Shown: piece by piece, positions 61,889 through 64,000 of the stretch
Numbering within the stretch: the stretch's first letter is position 1
Layout of the letters: every line of letters starts with the position of its first letter
DNA from: Thermoanaerobaculia bacterium
GTDB lineage: Bacteria > Acidobacteriota > Thermoanaerobaculia > UBA5066
DNA: 64,000 nucleotides
Reading direction: 5' to 3'
Assembly (NCBI GenBank): GCA_963719225.1
Contig: CAVRAY010000001.1
Location: 1,152,001 to 1,216,000, forward strand
The notes under the pieces: generated by a model
What the model saw: the letters and a program-made list of their open reading frames with translations, nothing else
What the model was told of the DNA's origin: nothing
Databases searched by the model: none
Position numbers and translations under genes: made by a program

Positions 61889-63025
61889 GTGCTGCGCTTC
61901 GAGCTCCTCGGCTCCGACGCGGGCGGCCCGCGGCGCGGGCGCCTGACGCTCGACCACGGGGTCGTCGAGACGCCCGCATTCCTGCCCGTCGGCACGGCCG
62001 GAACCGTGAAGGCGGCGCGGTGGAGCGACCTCGAAGCCGCGCGCGCCGAGATGGTCCTCGCGAACACGTACCACCTCATGCTCCGCCCGGGAGGGGACGT
62101 GATCCGCCGCCTCGGCGGCCTTCACCGCTTCATCGCGTGGGAGCGGCCGATCCTCACGGACTCCGGCGGGTACCAGGTGATGTCCCTCGCCGGAACCCGG
62201 AGGCTTTCCGAGGAAGGCGTCCTTTTCCGGAGCCACGTCGACGGGTCGGAGCACTTCCTCTCGCCGGAGCGTGCGGTGGACCTGCAGCTCGGCGACTTCG
62301 GAGTCGACGTCGCGATGGTCCTCGACGAGTGCACCCCCTATCCCGCGACCGAAGAGGCCGCGCGCGCGTCGATGGAGCTCACGCACCGCTGGGCCCGGCG
62401 GTCCCTGGAAAAGCATCTCGAGATCGGAGGAGACCGCGGCGCGCTCTTCGGCATCGTGCAGGGCGGGGTTTTCCCGCGCCTTCGCGACGAGAGCGCGGCG
62501 GCGGTCGCGTCGCTGCCGTTCGACGGCATCGCATGCGGGGGTCTCTCGGTCGGCGAGCCCAAACCCGAGATGCGCGCGATGGTGGCCCACACGGCCCCGC
62601 TTCTTCCCGCGCACAAGCCCCGCTACCTCATGGGCGTCGGGCGCCCGGACGACCTCCTCGACGCCGTCGCCCGCGGCTTTGATCTCTTCGATTGCGTGCT
62701 CCCGACGCGCGCGGCGCGCCACGGCCTTCTCTACACGGCGCGGGGCACGCTCGCCATCAAGCACGCGCGATATCGCGAGGACGAAGATCCGCCGGACCCG
62801 GGTTGCACCTGCCCGACGTGCCGGCGCCACTCCCGCGCGTACCTCAGACATCTCTTCCTCGCGCGCGAGCCCACGGCCGCGACACTGCTCACCGTCCACA
62901 ACCTCACGGCGATCCTTGACTTGATGAGGGGAATCCGTGAGGCTCTCGACGCGAAACGGTACGCGGCGTGGGCGGCGGAAACGCTCCCGGCATGGTCGCG
63001 ATCGATCGGAAAGGACTCGACATGA
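61889..63025 (+). CDS. tgt: tRNA-guanine transglycosylase
   Basis: TPAFLPVGT, NTYHL, TDSGGYQV, GIVQGG, YLMGVG, DCVLPTR, CTCPTC. Confidence 0.97.
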   Translation: MLRFELLGSDAGGPRRGRLTLDHGVVETPAFLPVGTAGTVKAARWSDLEAARAEMVLANTYHLMLRPGGDVIRRLGGLHRFIAWERPILTDSGGYQVMSLAGTRRLSEEGVLFRSHVDGSEHFLSPERAVDLQLGDFGVDVAMVLDECTPYPATEEAARASMELTHRWARRSLEKHLEIGGDRGALFGIVQGGVFPRLRDESAAAVASLPFDGIACGGLSVGEPKPEMRAMVAHTAPLLPAHKPRYLMGVGRPDDLLDAVARGFDLFDCVLPTRAARHGLLYTARGTLAIKHARYREDEDPPDPGCTCPTCRRHSRAYLRHLFLAREPTAATLLTVHNLTAILDLMRGIREALDAKRYAAWAAETLPAWSRSIGKDST

Positions 63026-63345
63026 ACCCGATCCTCCTTCAGGCGGCGCCCGCGACGGCGACCTCGCCGATCGTGCAGATGGTGCCGTACATCCTCATGT
63101 TCGTGATCTTCTACTTCGTGCTCCTCGCGCCCATGCGCAAGCAGCAGAAGAAGCAGAAGGAGCTCCTCGCCGGCCTGAAGAAAGGCGACCGGGTCGTGAC
63201 ATCGGGCGGCATTCACGGGACGGTCCAGCAGGTCGAAGACCAGATCGTCTGGCTGAAGATCGCGGACACGGTGAAGATCAAGATCAACCGCAGCGCGATC
63301 GCGGGCCCGAGCGGGGAGCCCGACTCGAAAGAATCCGCCGCGTAA
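63022..63345 (+). CDS. yajC: Preprotein translocase subunit YajC
   Basis: IFYFVLLAP.RKQQK, LKKGDRVVTSGGIHG. Confidence 0.95.
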   Translation: MNPILLQAAPATATSPIVQMVPYILMFVIFYFVLLAPMRKQQKKQKELLAGLKKGDRVVTSGGIHGTVQQVEDQIVWLKIADTVKIKINRSAIAGPSGEPDSKESAA

Positions 63346-63359
63346 TGCGAAACTAGGGG

Positions 63360-64000
63360 GTGCCTTCCGGGCGTTTCCTGACGTTTCTCCAGTCTTCCGA
63401 CTGGCATCTGGGCTCCGCCCTCACGGGCGGCGGGCTGTCCCTGACGCCCGAGGCGCGCGCGGCGCGGCGCGACGAGGTGGATGCCGCCGCGGAGCGGGCC
63501 GTGGCCGCGGCGACCGCCTGCGGCGCCGAAGCGCTGCTCGTGCCGGGCGATTTGTGGGACGCCGAGAACGTGCCCGCCGCGACGATTCACCGGCTCCTCG
63601 AGACCTTCGCGTCCTTCGCGCCGCGCCCCGTGTACGTGGCGCCGGGGAATCACGACTTCGCGGGGCCGGGCGGGTACTACGACCCGGCTCTTCTCTCCGC
63701 TCTGGGCATGAAGGCGTGGCCGCCGAACGTGGTCGTGTTCCGCGCGGCGGAATGGACGGCCTCGCCGTTTCCCGGGCGCGACGACGTCACGGTCGTCGGT
63801 CGCGCGTTTCTTTCCCCGGCGATGGTCGTCGAGCGCCCCCTCTCGCCGCCGCCGTCGCGTCCGTCGACGCCCCTCGCCCTCCTCCTTCTCCATGGCTCGC
63901 TCGAGTCCTACACGGGACCCGACTCGCCGCGGGGGACGAAGCGCACGGCGCCGTTCTCGGTGCGCGAGATTGCCGCGGCGGGCTTCTCCTGGGCCGCGCT
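63360..64000 (+). CDS. Metallophosphoesterase, SbcD/Mre11-like nuclease (partial)
   Basis: Not in the ORF track. Hand translation from GTG: ...FLQSSDWHLGS...VPGDLWD...APGNHD...LLLHG. Confidence 0.85.
   Translation, partial: MPSGRFLTFLQSSDWHLGSALTGGGLSLTPEARAARRDEVDAAAERAVAAATACGAEALLVPGDLWDAENVPAATIHRLLETFASFAPRPVYVAPGNHDFAGPGGYYDPALLSALGMKAWPPNVVVFRAAEWTASPFPGRDDVTVVGRAFLSPAMVVERPLSPPPSRPSTPLALLLLHGSLESYTGPDSPRGTKRTAPFSVREIAAAGFSWAA

Noticed and set aside
61889-63345. tgt-yajC without secDF, or tgt as part of a deazaguanine DNA-modification system
   Set aside because: Canonical tRNA TGT motifs and the usual yajC linkage; no dpd genes; separation from secDF is common

Overview
GC-rich (about 69% by eye) bacterial chromosomal window, densely coding. 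Gene content and style suggest Acidobacteriota, possibly Thermoanaerobaculia (inference). I found no rRNA, tRNA, CRISPR array, integrase or transposase. It contains: an alternative complex III operon (actABCDE plus partial actF); a GT-C glycosyltransferase; the rimP-nusA-infB-DUF503-rbfA-DHH-truB-(MazEF-like TA)-rpsO-pnp cluster; a TonB-family protein, DegP, archaemetzincin, mqnE, an MFS transporter, recO, glyQS, a Cu-type P1B ATPase with small metal-binding neighbours and a Fic protein; a long efflux operon (Os1348/NHLP-like small protein, TolC, MFP, RND, HlyD, two ABC ATPases, permease, hemolysin III); mnmA; a shortened repair radical SAM protein with a degenerate AlkD-like partner; an OPT transporter, ECF sigma/anti-sigma pair, cysE, folK, tgt, yajC and a partial SbcD-like nuclease. 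The most unusual signal is not a gene. An AT-rich near-palindrome, TTCT(A/T)AGAA (often TTCTAAGAAATC), recurs 8 times exactly and about 10 more times with mismatches. It lies mostly inside unrelated genes, in different frames and on both strands, forces rare codons, sits in strand-polarised purine/pyrimidine tracts and often forms inverted pairs 90-200 bp apart. Other notable points: an unannotated 41-aa Cys-rich secreted peptide ahead of actA, apparently widespread leaderless genes, and operator-like repeats upstream of the Fic and radical SAM genes.
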